Shown here: positions 36,426 through 48,672 of the stretch, piece by piece
Layout of the letters: each line of letters begins with the position of its first letter
How positions within the stretch are numbered: the first letter of the stretch is position 1
Source: Sphaerodactylus townsendi
Taxonomy: Eukaryota
Direction of reading: 5' to 3'
Assembly (NCBI RefSeq): GCF_021028975.2
Contig: NC_059426.1
Location: 143,158,001-143,222,000, forward strand
DNA length: 64,000 nucleotides
Notes under the pieces: model-generated
Databases searched by the model: none
What the model was told of the DNA's origin: nothing
What the model saw: only the letters and a program-made list of their open reading frames with translations
Translations under genes and position numbers: made by a program

Positions 36426-36782
36426 GAGAGCAAGTATGGTATAGTGCAGGGGTCTGCAACCTGCAGCACTCCAGATGTTCATGGACTACCATTCCCATCA
36501 GCCCCTGCCAGCATGGCCAATGGGATTTGTAGTCCATGAACATCTGGAGTGCCGCAGGTTGCAGACCCCTGGTATAGTGATTAGAATGCTGTCCTGGGAT
36601 CTGGGAGACCCAGGTTCAAATCCCCATAGTGTCATGGGAGCTTGCTGGGTGATGTTGGGCCAGTCACACACTGTCAGCCTAACCTATCTCAAAGGGTTGT
36701 TGTGAGGATAAAATGGGATAGGGGAGAATAATTTCAGGTAATTTTGGTCCCCAAAGTGGAAAAAAATAAGCAATAAATAAAA
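36426..36782 (+). mobile_element. CORE/MIR-related (Squam3A-like) SINE interrupted by a MITE
   Basis: gagagcaagtatggtatagtg[MITE]attagaatgc...gacccaggttcaaatcccc (B box)...agggttgttgtgaggataaaatggg...A-rich tail. Confidence 0.8.
36447..36571. mobile_element. Palindromic hAT MITE
   Basis: caggggtctgcaacctgc...gcaggttgcagacccctg; perfect TSD gtatagtg (36439-36446 / 36572-36579). Confidence 0.92.
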
Positions 36783-38062
36783 ATAGACATTGATACAATT
36801 TATGCCCTGTGGTTTTCTGTTCTGATGGCTCTCTGGGATTAGGAAAGGCCTGCCATAAGTAGAGAACAGATATTGGGAGGTATTGATTGGTTCCCTGTAT
36901 AGTTTGCTTTGGAAATGGCTTAGTGGATGGATTTTGCTCATGTACAGAATCTCATCTCCATATTGCAAGTAAGGGATGAAGTTTTCCCCAAGTCGTTGGC
37001 TTGTATTAAGGGTTTTGGCTTTTCCTGGAGCAAAGTTGTGACTTAGTTTCCTTGCTTGAGTTAACTGAATCTATTTGCAGGTACTTTTCTGAAGTGCACC
37101 CACTCTCAGCTTGTGGCGTGCTGTTACCTGTATTGCCTAGTTTTATTTTTTTTGTGGGGGAAAGGGCAGCTATGTAGGCGGTGGCCATACTACGTTTTAG
37201 TCATCTGGATTGAATCGGGAGGAGTCAAAGCAGCACTTCACTGGGGTATAGACATTAGTACAGTATTCCAGGATAAACTGTAAACACAGTCAGCTGTTCC
37301 TCAAGTGCCATTGAAATGCATGGGTTCTGGACAACAGAGTAGTAGTACATTTTGATGAGGTTTGTGAAGGAGAACTTCATGATGGGCTTCACAAAAACAA
37401 TTTAGAGGCATTTATAGTGGTGTTCTCAGCTAGTAGCAGGTTAATGGTGGAGCCCTCTTACAACTGCTTCAGCCTCTTGATGCTATATCCAGGCCAATCA
37501 AAATCACAAACTTTGGATGGAAAATAAGTTTAAAATAGGGTGAATTTCAGGTAGCTAGTAACTGGCATATGAAGTGAATATGTTATGTTAGCCTCTTTTG
37601 TAAACTTTTAATGAAAAAATAGCTGTTGGGTGTGTAGAGTCCAATCAAATCACAACTGACATGGTGACTCTATAGTGTTTTCAAGGCAAGATATGAGATG
37701 AACAGAAATGGTTTTACACTGCCTGTCTGCATAACACATACATACATATATATAGGTCATTTGACTTTATTCTTCACCTGTAGTTGTTTCATACCTTCAT
37801 ATGTGTATGCTGGTGATAGTGCTGTAGAACTTTTTTGAGTCAGATACATCAGATCTAATGTCAACCATCCAGCTTTCATTTTCAAACTTTTCAGTATTAA
37901 TATTTTGATAAACTCATGGGTCATGTGGCCTAGTTGAAAAGAATTAAACATTTATCATTGTTTTCCATGCCATGATACACACATGGGATGAGATTAGTGT
38001 GTATCATCCAGAACTAGCCTGTTTTTCATTAATTTTTCAGATGTGGGAGTTAAGACTCCTTA

Positions 38063-38361
38063 GGAGCAGAGGCGTAGTGGTTAAGAGCAGGTGTACTCTA
38101 ATCTGGAGGAACCGGGTTTGATTCCCCGCTCTGCCGCCTGAGCTGTGGAAGCTTATCTGGGGAATTCAGATTAGCCTGTACATTCCAACACACACCAGCT
38201 GGGTGACCTTGGGCTAGTCACAGTTCTTCTGAGCTCTCTCAGCCTCACCTACCTCACAGGGTGTTTGTTGTGAAGGGGGAAGGGAAAGGAGTTTGTAAGC
38301 CCCTTTGAGTCTCCTACAGGAGAGAAGGGGGGGGGCATTAATCCAAACTCTTCTTCTTCTT
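38063..38361 (+). mobile_element. Squam3-like SINE
   Basis: Full-length: ggagcagaggcgtagtggttaag...gggtttgattccc...(CTT)n. Confidence 0.92.
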
Positions 38362-40004
38362 AGAGTAGAGAAAAGCAGGATATAAAAGCAGACTTTTCTT
38401 TTCATTCTTAAACTCTAAGCCCATTCAAGGTGATTGGCCCTTTCAGTTTTTGTGAAGATTGTTTTTGTGAGGGAATTCCCACAATGTATGGATGTTCATC
38501 TTCTTGTTCACTGACATTATTTTCCTTCTTTGGTTGTGCTATTCCGACTGATTACCATGTCTTTGTCCTTGCTTAATCACATGGCTACCCACCAACAAAT
38601 GGGAGATCATGTACTGAACAGAGTAATACCACAATGCTATTCATTAGGTCATATTTTAACTTCATGGCAATGTCACTGAGGGCAAACGAAGTCACTTCAG
38701 AGAGAAGGCACTGCATACTGAATCATTCCTTCCTCCAAGAAGCTCAGAGGAGCATATACAGTTTCTGCCCTATATATCGCTGTTTAAGCTTCATGGGGGA
38801 TCAGAGTTCTTTTTGCCGAACCTTTTCACAGCAATTGAGTTTCAGCAAAAAGAACTCTGATGCCCCTGATGAAACTTAAGAAGTGAATTACAGAGGGGCT
38901 GTACATGACAGTACATGTAACCTGTCACTTTGCATCTTGTTTCTTCACTTCACCCATTTTGTCACCACAGTCTCATGAGATAAGTCGGGTGGAAGAACTG
39001 CAGTTGGCCCAAGGTCACCCAGTTCCATGACAGAACAACCGCCCTATTTGAACCCAGAGCTACCAGGCCCAAGTCCAACACTCTAGCCTTGGCACCTTTC
39101 AATGATTAGAGCTCACGGTCTTGGCTCTTCATTGTAGATGAGTTTTGTGTTTACAAATGTTCAAGGCATCTTGAAAGAGAAAGAAGAATGTGATGGTGTG
39201 TGGCACAATGATAAAAAGTAGGAAATGCAGGTTAATTTGAAACAGCTTCTTAATTTTTTTAAAGCAAGTATGGGGATAGATTGCAATGCAGGTGGACTCA
39301 GGATATGGAGGCATTGCTGAGAACCAGTCATATAATAGATCACAGGAATCAAGGATTGCTATGTTTGTTTGTTTTTAAAAATTGCTGAATACATTTTGTT
39401 CTAAAGCCTGTTCCTAAGTCTTTGTTACTCCCGCTCCCTCACAGGAGAGCAGGGAACTGATTCTCCCTACCTCCTCCATAGGAAAAAAATCAATTTCTTC
39501 GATTCATTTGGAAGAACTGGGTCTCAGCCAACTTCCACATCAATAGACCTAATCTAACCTATTTCTCTTCAGGCTGCCAGCAAGACTGCCCTCTGGAGTC
39601 CTGTCTCGAGACAGATTTCTCAGGCTGGAAAGATTTTGGGTCAACTGGGCACTTCCAACTGTTTACAGTTCAAATCTACCCCCCCCCCGCATCTGTCACA
39701 AACTTTCCATTCTCCATGGTAAGCCCAAAAGTAAAGTGCCTGCAATGCAACCCCCCCAAAAAAACCAAAGAAAAAAAGAAAAAGAAAAGGAGTAGATACA
39801 TACAGCATGTGGGATAGCAGGTAGATTAATAGTGACATTCAATGGGAAAAGATGTTTGAATCAGAATCTGAGCTATGAAAAAGATCATTTGGTGTTAGCT
39901 GACAGCCCAAACCATCTGGATATAGCTGTTCATGGGTTTTGGTGGTGATCTCTACAGTGGCCTGATAAACTATTTTTTTTGGGGGGGGGGGTGAGGGGGA
40001 AGGG

Positions 40005-40250
40005 TTGCTGTCAAGTCTGTAAGGCTTTCAAGGCAAGAGACATGCAGAGATAGTTTGCCATTACCGGCCTCTGTGTTACACCCCTGGTTTCCCTTGGAGG
40101 TCTTCCATCCAAATATAGCCAGGGTTGAGGCTGAGAGTGTGAGATTGCCCCAAGGTCACTGAGCAATTTTCCATGGTGGAATGGGGATTCAAACCTGGTT
40201 TCCCCAATTCCTAGTCTGACACCTTAACCATTACACCATGCTGGCTCTCC
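40005..40250 (-). mobile_element. Composite SINE (tRNA head, 5S-like middle, Sauria-type tail)
   Basis: ttcaaggcaagagac...tttgccatt...ccatccaaata...cccaaggtcac...ggggattcaaacctgg...ttaaccattacaccatgctggctctc. Confidence 0.7.
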
Positions 40251-43200
40251 CGACTATATATAGCTCTGACAATTTCAAACACAGGCTGAAAATAGTATAT
40301 GAAGAAGCCTTGTACTGTAAGCCAGCATTTTATTATTATTATTTAATTATATTTTTGGATTACCAGATCCACACCCACCCCTGAGCCACTAATAATAGTA
40401 AAAAAATGCAAAACAATATTAAAAGCTACAAAATGATAAAGCAGATCTCAAGGCATAACAAATTAGACACCCAGTACAATCAGAAAGTGTCTACCAGCAG
40501 TCCACCCCTGAACCATAGTACTTCTAGGGTATTGCTGTGACTTTCCAAGAAACTATATGTTCTGGAATCTAAAACAAATCCAGTTATTGGAATTGAAAAT
40601 GATATTCATCCTTTGTTTATGGGAATAAATTAAAGGTAGAGGAGACAGTCGTAATGCTTTGGTAAAGAGCATAAGCTGGGAAGCCCCCCCATTCAACCTT
40701 TACCTTAGTCTAGCCATGAGTTTAGTAGGCATGTCACTCCCTCTTAGCCAACCATTGGTAATATGGGATAAAAAATTTAGCCTACTTTATAGGGCTGTTG
40801 TGAAGATTGTTGAGATCATGCATGTGAATTGTTTAAACACTAAGAAATGCTCTATAAATGTAATAATAATATAGAGAACTCTAAGTGGTTTACTGGAAAA
40901 AGCATTATATAGGTCAGGCCAAAACATTTGTATGAGAATGGTGTCTTTTATTTTTTAACACAGCACAAAATTATATTTTAAAATAATTTACTTAGAATGC
41001 TAGAAATGTGGGATTTTGACATGATGAAGACTTCACAATGGCTTTTGTCCATCAGAGCATTTCCTCAGATGAGATGGTGTTTGCCCACAGATCATGACTA
41101 CACCTTGCTGTTTTCCACTGCAGCTTAAAATGCTTCCAGGAATAGTGAGCCCCCCCAAAATACCATTTCAAGACAAATTTGGGGGCTGCAGCATGAGTGG
41201 GGAGGAGAAAGAGAATCATGCTTCATTCATACAGATTCTGAACATGGAAACATTTAATTGGATAAAAGGGTAGGGATTGCTCTTGAAGTGACAGAACAGA
41301 AATAAGCTTTCTATTCTTCAAAGGCAGGCCTGTGCACGCACAATCACAATGTGTGCCTGCACAGAAGTCCACTCAATGAACTACTGTTACATAGGTAAGT
41401 GCAATGTTGTTCTTTATTATTGCGATGTTCAGCTCACAACTTCCTACCTTCTTCAAGTACAACAGACAGAATAGGAAGAGCATTGTATTGGGATTCTGAC
41501 CCTGGTAATGTAGCATTTTTAGATCTAATGGATGTGCTTGTGGACTTCCTTAAAATGTCAGGCCGGCCACTGTAAAACAGAATGTTAAACCAGATCAATT
41601 ATGATATTCTCTTCAATGAACAATTCAAACAAGGCAAGGAGCAAAATTTGTCGAAGTCCAGGGTCTGGGTCCAAAGAACCCTGCAACTAACTCCATGCAC
41701 CGAGAGTATATTTGTTTTGTTTTTTTCAAGCAGCAGACCACATGCTATTGGCAAATGGCTTTTGGAGCAGAGCACGTCAAAAACTATAGAGACGGCATAG
41801 GGCCCAGCTATTCAAACCAAAAAAAGCCCAAAAATTCCTCTAGGCTTGCAGAAAACCTTGAACACAACTAAAAAATTTGTGTGTAACTGTTTAAAGGATG
41901 TGTTTTATACCTCCTTCATTCCTAACTACATCTCTTCTGCGCCTGGGAAGTTTAATTCGAGATTGACAGAGAAGTCTGTCCTTAATTTTTCATTGATCAC
42001 AGGATACTGATGTGAAAGGGGGAAAATGCACATTCCAAAGAGTACCTTCCAAGATACACATTCCATTTATCCTCTTGGCATTTGGTTGTATAAGTTCTCC
42101 CAAAAGGGCATGTTTTCAGAAAATTCTAATTTTAAGAACCATGGCTTTAACAAGTCTTGCTAATTGATCTGCAATGAAACAAGCTTGCTGCAAAGCAATT
42201 AAGCAATTGCCTTGTATTTCCAATAATGCATAATCAATTTAATTAATTGATTCCTAAGCAAACAGAAAAATTCACGAAAAAGTGCAGCAAGACAAGTTAT
42301 CACTTCCTATTCACATATCTGTCGATGGATTTTGCAGTGGAGAGAGCTGTCCAAGGTGCTGCTGCAAGTCGCCTTTTCATTTCCACTGAAATTGACTACT
42401 GGGACTGGTTTCCTTCAGATCTTTTAGTGCAGCAAACACAGGAATCAAAACCACAAATCTGAATTACATTTCCTGCAAGTAAGCCATATTGCAACCTTCC
42501 CTGCCTTTATTTTTCTGACCACTTTTCTTAATTTCTGAACGGATTTTCATTCACTAATTTGAAGTCTTTCCACTTTCAAAGTGTGGGCTGAACACTGACA
42601 GTTTGGGTTTTTACAAGTAAAATAAGTTGACTTTTTTGGAATGATAATGAAAGTTAATTCTGGTATCCTGAGCCATAATTCCCAGATTGGAAAGCAAATA
42701 TTTATTGCTACCTTAAAGAGGGGAAATGTGTTTTGCTTGCTATTCCAGAACAAGTTAACGTTCAGAAAGATTTTTGAATGATTATGCTGCCATGTCAAGC
42801 ATTGTAGTCAGCAAAGGCAAAGACTTTAAGTATTTATATTCAATTTTCTCCCTAAGGGAACCAAAGCCACTTACAGTGAAAACTGGAGGATAGGTTCATC
42901 ACTTGCCTACTAGCCATGATGATGGAAGGGGAGCTGTAAACCTCTGAATACTGATGCTAGGGAGCCAACATCAGGCAACAGCTTTGGCCACTGTGTCTTC
43001 CAGGGTAATTGTTTTGACCACTGTATGAAATATGATGCTAGACTAGATGAACCACTGGTCTGATCCAGAAGGCTCTCCATATGTTCTTCAAGAAATACAG
43101 TATTGCATTTATTATAAAGCAAAAACAACAATATGGCTTAAATGAATTGTTGGTTTATCCATTTGGCTCGTGCTCTTCAGTTCATCCCTCTGGCCACACC

Positions 43201-44832
43201 CAAGCTTTGCACTATCTGCAGGAAGAAGAAGGCAAACTTAGCTGCTATTGTATTGATGAAAGTAAGTCAGGAAAATCTTCCTCCCACCCCATGCTCTTGA
43301 TTACCTTTGTAGGCAGAACCTTAAAGCACATAAACCTGTCATGCACCACAATTTTCCTTCATTCAAAAAAATTGCATTGCTGTTTGCGCATGTGTTCTGA
43401 ACCATTATTGTATGCAATCTTCCTTCAGTGAAAAAGTGTTTCCATTCCAGGAAAAAGGCATATGTGAAGTGGACCAATAGGAGGTTGTTGGTTAAATTAG
43501 CTCTATCCATGTCCCTCTTTTTGGAAGCATTTCAAAATCTTTTGCACATTCATTTTTGGTACGTTCTGTGTGCCCTTCCATGGATTGAATTTTGGATAGT
43601 TAGTTAGCCGGTGAACACATTCTAATCTTTATTTAACTGGATTTTGTGTATTTTGTTATATATTTCTTCATATGGAATCTGTCCTGTGCGCTATGGAAAT
43701 CAGTGTCAAAGAATCAATTTTTATCATGCCCTTCCTCCAAGAATCTCAAGGACATCTTACCTCTCCTCCATTTTATCCTTGCAACAACCCTGAGAGTTAG
43801 GGTAGGCTGAGAATACATGACAGACCGAAGATCACCTTGTGAGTTTCATGGCAGAGTGAGGACTTAGACGCAAGACTTTTCTAGCGATAGTCTCTATTGC
43901 TACAAAATATTGGCTTCAGAGGAACATTTCAGACAAGGTTGAATTCCTTTATATTTTTTTCCAGAGAGAATATTGTCGGGTTTTTCAATCTCATGTACCT
44001 GCTTCAGGTTTCACCATTTTCCTTATAACTCCCTATTTTTCTTTTAGTTGCTGTGACCCACTATCACGTACTGAGGGCAAAATGGTCTTCCATACCCATT
44101 AGTACGCGTTCTGGGGAAAACATGCCGTCAATCAGTTCTTAAACATTTCATTTGTACTTATTTTGCCAGAGCCAAGTATTGCTTCCAGTTTTCTCCACTG
44201 TATTTTTCAGTCAATTTCATCCATGATTTGGAAAAAAGAGCTCAGGATGCACTTTTGAAAAAGTTCCTGTGCGGATTTGCTCAAACTGCTTTTGCTTGAA
44301 ATAAGCTACAGAGGGTATTATAGATTCTACATAAAACCACTGAGGTTCTGTGAATGCATACGTGTATATCACATATACATGTAAAAATGGACTATAATGG
44401 AAATTGGTTGGAAGAGATGTTGTATTAAGGTTTCTATACTGAAGTGATAAATAATGTGTTCAAGCGGATGACATCTTTTGAAAACAGGTATAGGGCTCTT
44501 GGTTTCTGGAAGAGCCACAGTAAGTGCCAGGTTAGTCTCTGGCATTTGCAGATGTAAGGATCAACAGGCAGGTCATGTGAAAAATTTCTGCATGAGTCTC
44601 TGGGGAACCACCTCCAGTCAGTGTATGCAATGCAATACTGACCTTGATAAACCAGTGGTCTGACTTGGTGTAAAGCAGTTTCATATGTTCCTCTATGTGT
44701 AGGTAATTCTTGCTAACACATGACACCACCATTGAAGAGCATCTGTGTAGCCTGTGGGATCATATTTGAGAATCCCAGAACTAATTTTAGAGAGGGTTCC
44801 TAGTCCTCAGGAAGCTTTAGAACATGTGGAAT

Positions 44833-45293
44833 TCTAACCTATGATTGTCTAAGCGATGAACTATCATGACGACAAACCCTCCACCAATCAGTGAACTTTG
44901 TGAGTCCTTCTCACCCATTGGTGGGCAACATTCTATCTACTCCCCCAAATTCTTTCCCCCAATCCAGGAATACCTCGAACTGGAGCCCTGCTTCCCAGCC
45001 TCCCCCACCTCTTCCCAGCCTTTCCTCACCTCAAGCTACTCCTCTCCACCTTCCTCCCAAACCTCACTTTTCCACCCCCACCTCAAGCCTCATCTTTTAA
45101 CCCTCTCCCACCTTTCTACCCTTCCCCATGCCAAGCCACAGACTCAGAACCAGGTAGGTGGGAAACATCATGCTGGGTAGAGGAGGAGCTCTGTGACCCC
45201 AGTAAAGCCCACTGCAGGGGAAAATGCTTGCTCATCCCCACTCCTTTGCTATGGCCCATTGCATCTCCCCCCTGTAATGGGCTTTGCTTCTAG
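44833..45293 (+). mobile_element. Helitron remnant (3' end clear, 5' end uncertain)
   Basis: Subterminal hairpin gcccattgca-tctcccccc-tgtaatgggc (45254-45282) followed by CTAG|T at 45290-45294. Confidence 0.6.
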
Positions 45294-45424
45294 TGAAAAA
45301 TAAACTGAAATACACCTTTGAGTTACATTTTTGAAAATTTGCTTTTAGAAGTACTGTATTATTTAGAATATTAATTAGGGAAATCTTTTTTTGTGAAGGG
45401 CAGTAAATTGTGTTGGAGAGGATT

Positions 45425-45622
45425 AGCTGGCCTTGACCTGGATAGGCCAGTATAGCGCAAACTTATCAGAACTCGGAAGCTAAGCAAAGTCAGCCCCATT
45501 TACCACCAAGGAATACCAGGGTCTCAATGCAGAAGCAGGCAAGGGCAAACTGCCTCTGAATGTCACTTGCCTTGAAATCCCCACCAGGGGTCACCACAGA
45601 TCAGGTGTGACTTGACAGCAAA
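45425..45622 (+). mobile_element. 5S-derived SINE with Sauria-type tail
   Basis: tgacctggatagg...cagaactcggaagctaagca (5S-like)...ggcaaactgcctctg...cttgccttgaaa...gtgacttgacagca. Confidence 0.75.
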
Positions 45623-47049
45623 GAAAGAAAGGAATATTAGGATGAGAACTGGACAGAAAGGAGTATGTTTTGTCTTCTCATACTTATAAGAGCATGATAC
45701 AGTGTAAATGTTAGCATAGTGGGGATTTTAACCTGATGAGTTTCCAAATGGGTTTGCTTTGGACACTTCCCTAATAATGTCCCTGGAAAGTTCAGCCATG
45801 TTAGGTTGGTTCATTTTAATTTACTCTTGTGCTGGCTTTAGGCTCATTAAAAGTTGTTCTGTTAATGTAGAATTCATTTGCTGATATCTTGGAACGTGGT
45901 TCATCTGACCAGGGTTTGATACTCTGTGGGGGGTGGGGACATCCAGCACTTAGGAAAGGCAGGCATGTGACCTTGCAGAAAAATGGAAATATATTTTCTG
46001 TCTGTCTCACCTGGGGCAGCTCAAGCCGTGGTTTGCTGGGAGAACTGAGCACTGTTGATTGGGGAGAAGGATTTGGTGGCCTAGCAGAAGGCACTAGGAG
46101 GTGACAGTTGAGTTGGTGCACAGATAGCCGCATCTGGCACAGGTGTGGGTGATGATGTCACTGATTGTTATAAATGTTTCTGTCTGGAGCCATGAGTCTG
46201 TGTGGTGCTGAGCAGCTCATATGCCTCTGTTGATATTTTCTGATGTCCTCGGGTGAAGGTGCTGAACCTCCATTTGTCTTCCATCGTTCCCATCATTGAT
46301 AGCTATAGTGCTCCCATGCTACACGAGCCACTCCAGTTTTGAGTGATTTATTTTGAAGGATGAATTCTTCAGTTTAGAAGAAGGAGGGTAAAATGTTAAC
46401 TTATCCCAAATAGGTTGACAGTGTTCTCAGTTGATTTACATGCCTTGGAAGCTGCTTGAACAAGGAGCAACTGTTGCACTAGAAACCCTACTTACAGCCC
46501 TATCCAAAGGGGACAGGCATGAATCTGCTGTGTGAGCAGTGTGGGGCCACACCATTGGATTTCCTGGGGCACTTGACTTAGCAGAGGATAAAGTCCGCTG
46601 GCGGCCAGCCACTACAGCCCTCTCTGGCAGTTGGCTGCTGTGAAGGGATGCCATGTCAGTGTCTCTGAACTCCCACTGCTGCCACCATAGTGAGGGCAGT
46701 CTTGGGGAGGACCTGACATCAGTTGACTTCTTCCCTGCCATTGCCCCCATTGTGCGGTAGCCAGGGCTTTGGACTTATTACATCACCAAAAAGGTGGTAT
46801 AAATCCATTAAGCCCAATGGGGACTTTCTGGCAACAGGAAGACTTTTCCATGTTTGTTGTCTCCCCATGCCACTGGGAAGCCTCTTTGGAAATGGAAGGC
46901 TGGCGTGACTGCATTGGGTGCCATGGTTGGGTGCCTGGCTCAATGGATGGGGCTGGTAGACTTCAAAAATAATAATGGAACAGAGACAAGAATATATCAG
47001 ACTTGTTTGCTTGCAGATATCTATCATGATCGCTGAGTATGTTTTAAAA

Positions 47050-47234
47050 CATGGTTCTCAATCTGTGGGTCGCGACACTTTTGGGGGTCGAATAACTCTT
47101 TCACAGGGATCACCTAAGACTTTCTGCATCAGTGTTCTCCATCTGTAAAATGGATAACTGTTAGGGTTGGGGGTCACCACAACATGAGGAACTGTATTAA
47201 AGGGTTGTGGCATTAGGAAGGTTGAGAACCACTG
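47050..47234. mobile_element. SPIN (Space Invader; URR1-like) non-autonomous hAT element
   Basis: ca(g)tggttctcaatctgtgggtcgcgac...ttgggggtcaccacaacatgaggaactgtattaaagggt...cattaggaaggttgagaaccactg matches recalled SPIN/URR1 ends; TSD ttttaaaa / tttcaaaa. Confidence 0.88.
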
Positions 47235-48560
47235 TTTCAAAAGATGTTTTAAAAATTGGATCTAGTTATTCACACTAGACTTCAAGCTAAAATTGAAGGT
47301 AAGAATATAATTTTTACCTACTGACTACTGTGACGTGTTTAACAAAATGATGTGCAAATTAATTTCAGTTATATGTAAATCAGCTTTGCAGATAAGATGG
47401 AGTTGTCTCTGCTGAAAACTTTTTAAACAACAAGATCCTGATGTTTTCAGTTCAGATAATTCTGAGGGAACATCAGAGGGTTTTTGAAGGCATATCTGTA
47501 TCGAGTACATGGAAGCAAATGGCACTATGAAAAACAAAAATCAATGGCTTTATGAAAAAAAGCATACAGCAAACAGTAGCTGGTAGGTATTGTACAATAA
47601 ATTATTAATGGCTAAAGGAACATAGTGGATAGACTGTGTTGGGGACTTTATTCAGACGTTTATCATGAAACCACGTAAATCATGATAGGGAAATTCGATC
47701 AGTCAGAATTTCATGGAAGTCTTGTGTCATGGGTTATAAGTACTTGGCTCACAAACCATACAAAGAGATGAAAGAGATCCTCTGACTGGTTGGAATGTTA
47801 TATAACATTAATCTGTAGAACCCAGTGTTCGTTTCTGTTTGCAAACTATGTATAGGATGTAAAATTAATAACTGTTAGGAAAGGAACAATGCTTTCATTC
47901 TTTCCATACAGTTTCCCCTTAGATAATGGAGTGTCGTGTGTGTGTGTGGGGGGGGGGACCAGAAGAGGTCATTTGATCAAGGCACCATTCACTTGCTCAC
48001 CCACCGCTGTTGCTTGCCCACCCTTCTTGCTCACCTGTCTGCTACTGCCACTCGCCTCCCTCCCTGAGTGCTTCTTGGACTTCAATGGGGCAGGGCGGCA
48101 TCTACAGCCTCTAACAGGCAGCTCCCTCTGTGGCCTCCAGGGAGAGGGACTCTGGCTTTGGAAAAACCTTGTGGGGGGGGGCCAGGGGCGACAGCAGCTC
48201 TCTTCTAGCTCACCCTCTCTTTGCCTTCCCCCTTCTGTTTCCTTCCTTGTTCTCTCCATTCCCCTTGTTCTGCTGCCCTTTCTGTCCCTGTTTCCCTCCC
48301 CCATTCTGTTCCCCACCACTATCCCTTGTGCCATGGAAGTTCACTGGGTGACCTTGGGTCAGTCACTCTCAGCCTAACCTACCTGGCTGGGCTATTATGA
48401 AGATAAGATAGAGGAGAGGAGCATGATATAAGCCACTTTGGTCCTTCTTGGATAGAAAGGTAGGCTGGGAAATTTCTGAAGATTCAGGTATTAAGTCCTT
48501 GGGGGGGAGGGTGCTCAGGAGGAAAAACAGAAGGAAGCTGAGCAGGAAGACTTTGTCATA

Positions 48561-48672
48561 GGCAAGGAGATTGTAAGCCCCTTTGAGTCTCCTACAGGAG
48601 AGAAAGGGGGAATATAAATCCAAACTCCTCCTCCTCCTCCTCCTCCTCCTCCTCCTCCTCCTCCTTCTTCTT
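48561..48672 (+). mobile_element. 5'-truncated Squam3-like SINE with (CCT)n tail, inside a TAGGGTTGCCA-family MITE (about 48460-48758)
   Basis: ggcaaggagattgtaagcccctttgagtctcc...(cct)n; the host MITE ends ...attggcaacccta at 48758. Confidence 0.8.

Noticed and set aside
46130-46300. Possible RTE LINE 3' fragments (also about 57335-57560, minus strand)
   Set aside because: Similarity too weak by eye to support an annotation.
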